NCBI GenBank assembly: GCA_051294375.1
Contig: JBJCIZ010000241.1
Span: forward strand, 1-9,991
Direction of reading: 5' to 3'
DNA: 9,991 nt
Source: Paraspadella gotoi
Taxonomy: Eukaryota; Animalia; Chaetognatha
Part shown: positions 7,730 through 9,991 of the stretch, one piece after another
How the letters are laid out: every line of letters begins with the position of its first letter
How positions within the stretch are numbered: the stretch's first letter is position 1
The notes under the pieces: model-generated
Database searches by the model: none
Told to the model about the DNA's origin: nothing
Seen by the model: only the letters and a program-made list of their open reading frames with translations
Program-made: the position numbers and the translations under genes

Positions 7730-8162
7730 GCCTTGCTTCTGAGATCTGTATAAGTTATTTGTAAAATAGGACTCCCAATTAGTTCGTTAAAACAGAACTT
7801 AGGAAGGAATAGTTTTTTTTTTTTTTTTAAAAAACAAAAAAACAATAAAAAAAAGAACAAAAATCTAAGAAGAGAAGCCAAGAAATATAAAAATTTTAAA
7901 ACAAATAAAAAAATCCCCATTGGAGATTGGAAGTTACAAACGAGAGCATGATTTAAACAAAACAGATTAAACACCAACTCGGTCGATGAACAAAAACAAC
8001 AATAACAACAACAATTACAAAGCTTACGGAAAACATACTCCGCTACCCGGACACTGGACCCACGTACGCCGCTAATCGTCTGAGGAGGGGGGTGACGCAT
8101 CACGATGAAACTGAAAACCCGGAAACAGTAGGTAGATAGGAAAGGGACTTTAAGGAAGGGAA

Positions 8163-8424
8163 TTCCGGAAAAAGGGAAGAAGATAAGAAGAGGGAAAGAA
8201 GATCTGGAACGATTTTTTTTTTCGAACTAGGGAATTTTGGAAAGGCCAAATCCAGGAAAAAAAAGGAACAAAGTATACTTTCCGGAAGAGGAAAAGAAGG
8301 TTCCAGAAAGAGGTAGGGGGGGAGGAAAGAGGAGGATTCCGGAAGAGGAGAAACTGGCTTTCGGATTTGTCCACTTGCCCCCCATTTTTTATAAATAGCC
8401 TCTGTTTCTGCTTTGATTCACTGT
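8163..8424 (+). promoter_or_regulatory. Heat-shock-element cluster with TATA box and Inr-like motif
   Basis: Perfect three-unit HSE aGAAggTTCcaGAAa (8295-8309) and TTCCGGAA at 8163, 8280 and 8337. TATAAATA at 8390-8397, and TCACTGT with its A at 8420, 30 nt after the TATA start. Confidence 0.5.
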
Positions 8425-9003
8425 TGAAAATTGACACTTGTCTTTTTCATCTATATTCTGAGAATAAAATTCCACTTTTTGGTTTCATATTTGAAAATCT
8501 CTGTTTCTACTATTAACTTAATAAAATGATATTCAACAAATGACAAAAAAAAAATTTTTTATTATTTTTTAAAAATTTCGTGCGGTGATTTTTTTTAACG
8601 TATTTTGGGGGAACCGGGTTCTTGTAGAGGCTTACAAAAGTAGTTAAAAAATGAAAGTTTAAGCAGTACTATAATTTTTTTTCAAATTGTTTTGACAAAT
8701 ATAAAAATAAATTGGGTTTTTTATTATTGTTTTTTTTTTTGATTTAAAAATAGAAAAAGGACATAAGGAAAAAAAACCTTTAAAAAAAAAAAAATCCATT
8801 CATTCTCATAATTATTGGTACTGGCATTTTTAATTTTTTTTTTATTTCATAATTAATAAAAACAAAAAATAAAAAATAAAAGTTGTATAATAACCTTTAT
8901 CTAAACTTTTAAGCCTCTATTCAGAAAATTTCTATAAAACCAAAAAAGTTGAATAAACGCAAAATTTTAAAAATTCAACATTTTCCATTTTTCATATTAG
9001 CTG

Positions 9004-9092
9004 TGAAATTGGTTCTGGTAACAACCAATATTAAAAAATTATATCCATCATTTAATAAATAAGCTATCTTGCCCCTGACTTGGGACAGGGGC
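9004..9092 (-). repeat. Dispersed repeat fragment with adjacent GC-rich hairpin
   Basis: 9004-9057 is an inverted relative of 665-708. Hairpin GCCCCTGAC-TTGG-GACAGGGGC (9071-9092, 8/9 bp paired). Confidence 0.6.
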
Positions 9093-9991
9093 TTTGGTGG
9101 TTTTAAGGCCTCCATTTCATATTTTTTTTAAGCCTCCCACCATCTTATTTAATAGTTCGCTTAACCATTATTTATTTGAGAGAAACTCTAGTTTTCAACT
9201 GATTTCCGGCCTAAGCCTAATATCTAGTAATGGTGGGCCAAAAAAATCTGAACACTTTTTTTATAAAACTTCTAGTTCTTTTTTTAAAAATTTTTTTCTC
9301 TTTCCCTTTTTTTCGCCCCCCTTTTTTTACTACTAAATCCGGATTTTCAATTTAACTTTTTGAATAGTTAATTCATTGGGTTGGTTGTTCGTGTCGTCGT
9401 TTTCACTGTTGAAGCTTTTAAATATTTTGAACATAATAATCTCAAATAATTATATAAACGTTTTGACGGTAATCGTGCCAGTGGAGAAATGAGAGTTTAG
9501 ATGGGAAAAAAAAAACGAATAAAAAACATAAGTCACATTTACTGAATCTTTTAATATTAATGATTACAATAAATGTTTTAAATTAATTAATTAATTAAAT
9601 TAATGTTGAAAAAATTGATGCAAGTTACAAAAAATCTTAAAAGCATTTAAGATCGTCCGCACCGGCAAATCGCAATTGCATTAACAAAAAAGAAAAAGAG
9701 AAGAGCGGAGAGTGGGAGAGAGAGGAGAGTAGCACTGAAGGAGGATGAGGAACGACGAGAGAGAAGAGAGAAGGGACATAAAAATAAAATAAAGGATATG
9801 TTGTTTTGTTTTGATTGAAATGTGAAATTGTAAACAAAACATATTTATTTATTTAATAACTGTTTCCTCACCCAATTTTATTTAAGGACATCGATGAATC
9901 ATTAAAATGAAATATAAATTTTTAAAATTATTTATATTATTAACATATAAAATTAATTAATTAATTAAAATTCATTAATTAATTAATTTTA

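Noticed and set aside
7726-8103. 125-aa minus-strand ORF with a Cys cluster and hydrophobic stretch
   Set aside because: The Cys run comes from a (CAA)n microsatellite and the hydrophobic stretch from poly-A tracts.
9071-9092. GC hairpin as a Helitron 3' terminator or rho-independent terminator
   Set aside because: There is no CTRR at the expected distance on either strand, and the context is eukaryotic with no upstream gene.
9580-9991. (TTAA)n tracts and a GA-rich ORF
   Set aside because: Simple repeats. Similar tracts flank family A 3' ends, but no terminus is visible within the window.

Overview
This is AT-rich, repeat-dense eukaryotic draft-assembly DNA (invertebrate-like, which is an inference) with two N gaps (2852-2861, 3693-4514). 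I cannot support any intact protein-coding gene; nearly all listed ORFs are low-complexity, repeat or gap artefacts. The window is a nest of mobile elements. (1) A complete DINE-1/HINE-like (Helentron-type non-autonomous) element at 1584-2238, plus four orphan copies of its 3' end. (2) A 1848-bp non-autonomous hAT-type element at 4692-6539 with 21-bp TIRs and a perfect 8-bp TSD, inserted into the terminal hairpin of a second HINE-like family. (3) Inside it, a 206-bp gapless foldback made of two head-to-head minimal hammerhead-ribozyme motifs, related to a third motif at 454-490 that has a different but fully paired stem II (Penelope-like pseudo-LTR remnants by inference). (4) A decayed canonical-Helitron Rep coding remnant on the minus strand at about 6726-7729. 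(5) A heat-shock-element cluster with TATA/Inr spacing at 8163-8424. (6) Several minisatellites. All assignments were made by eye and need database or covariance-model confirmation.
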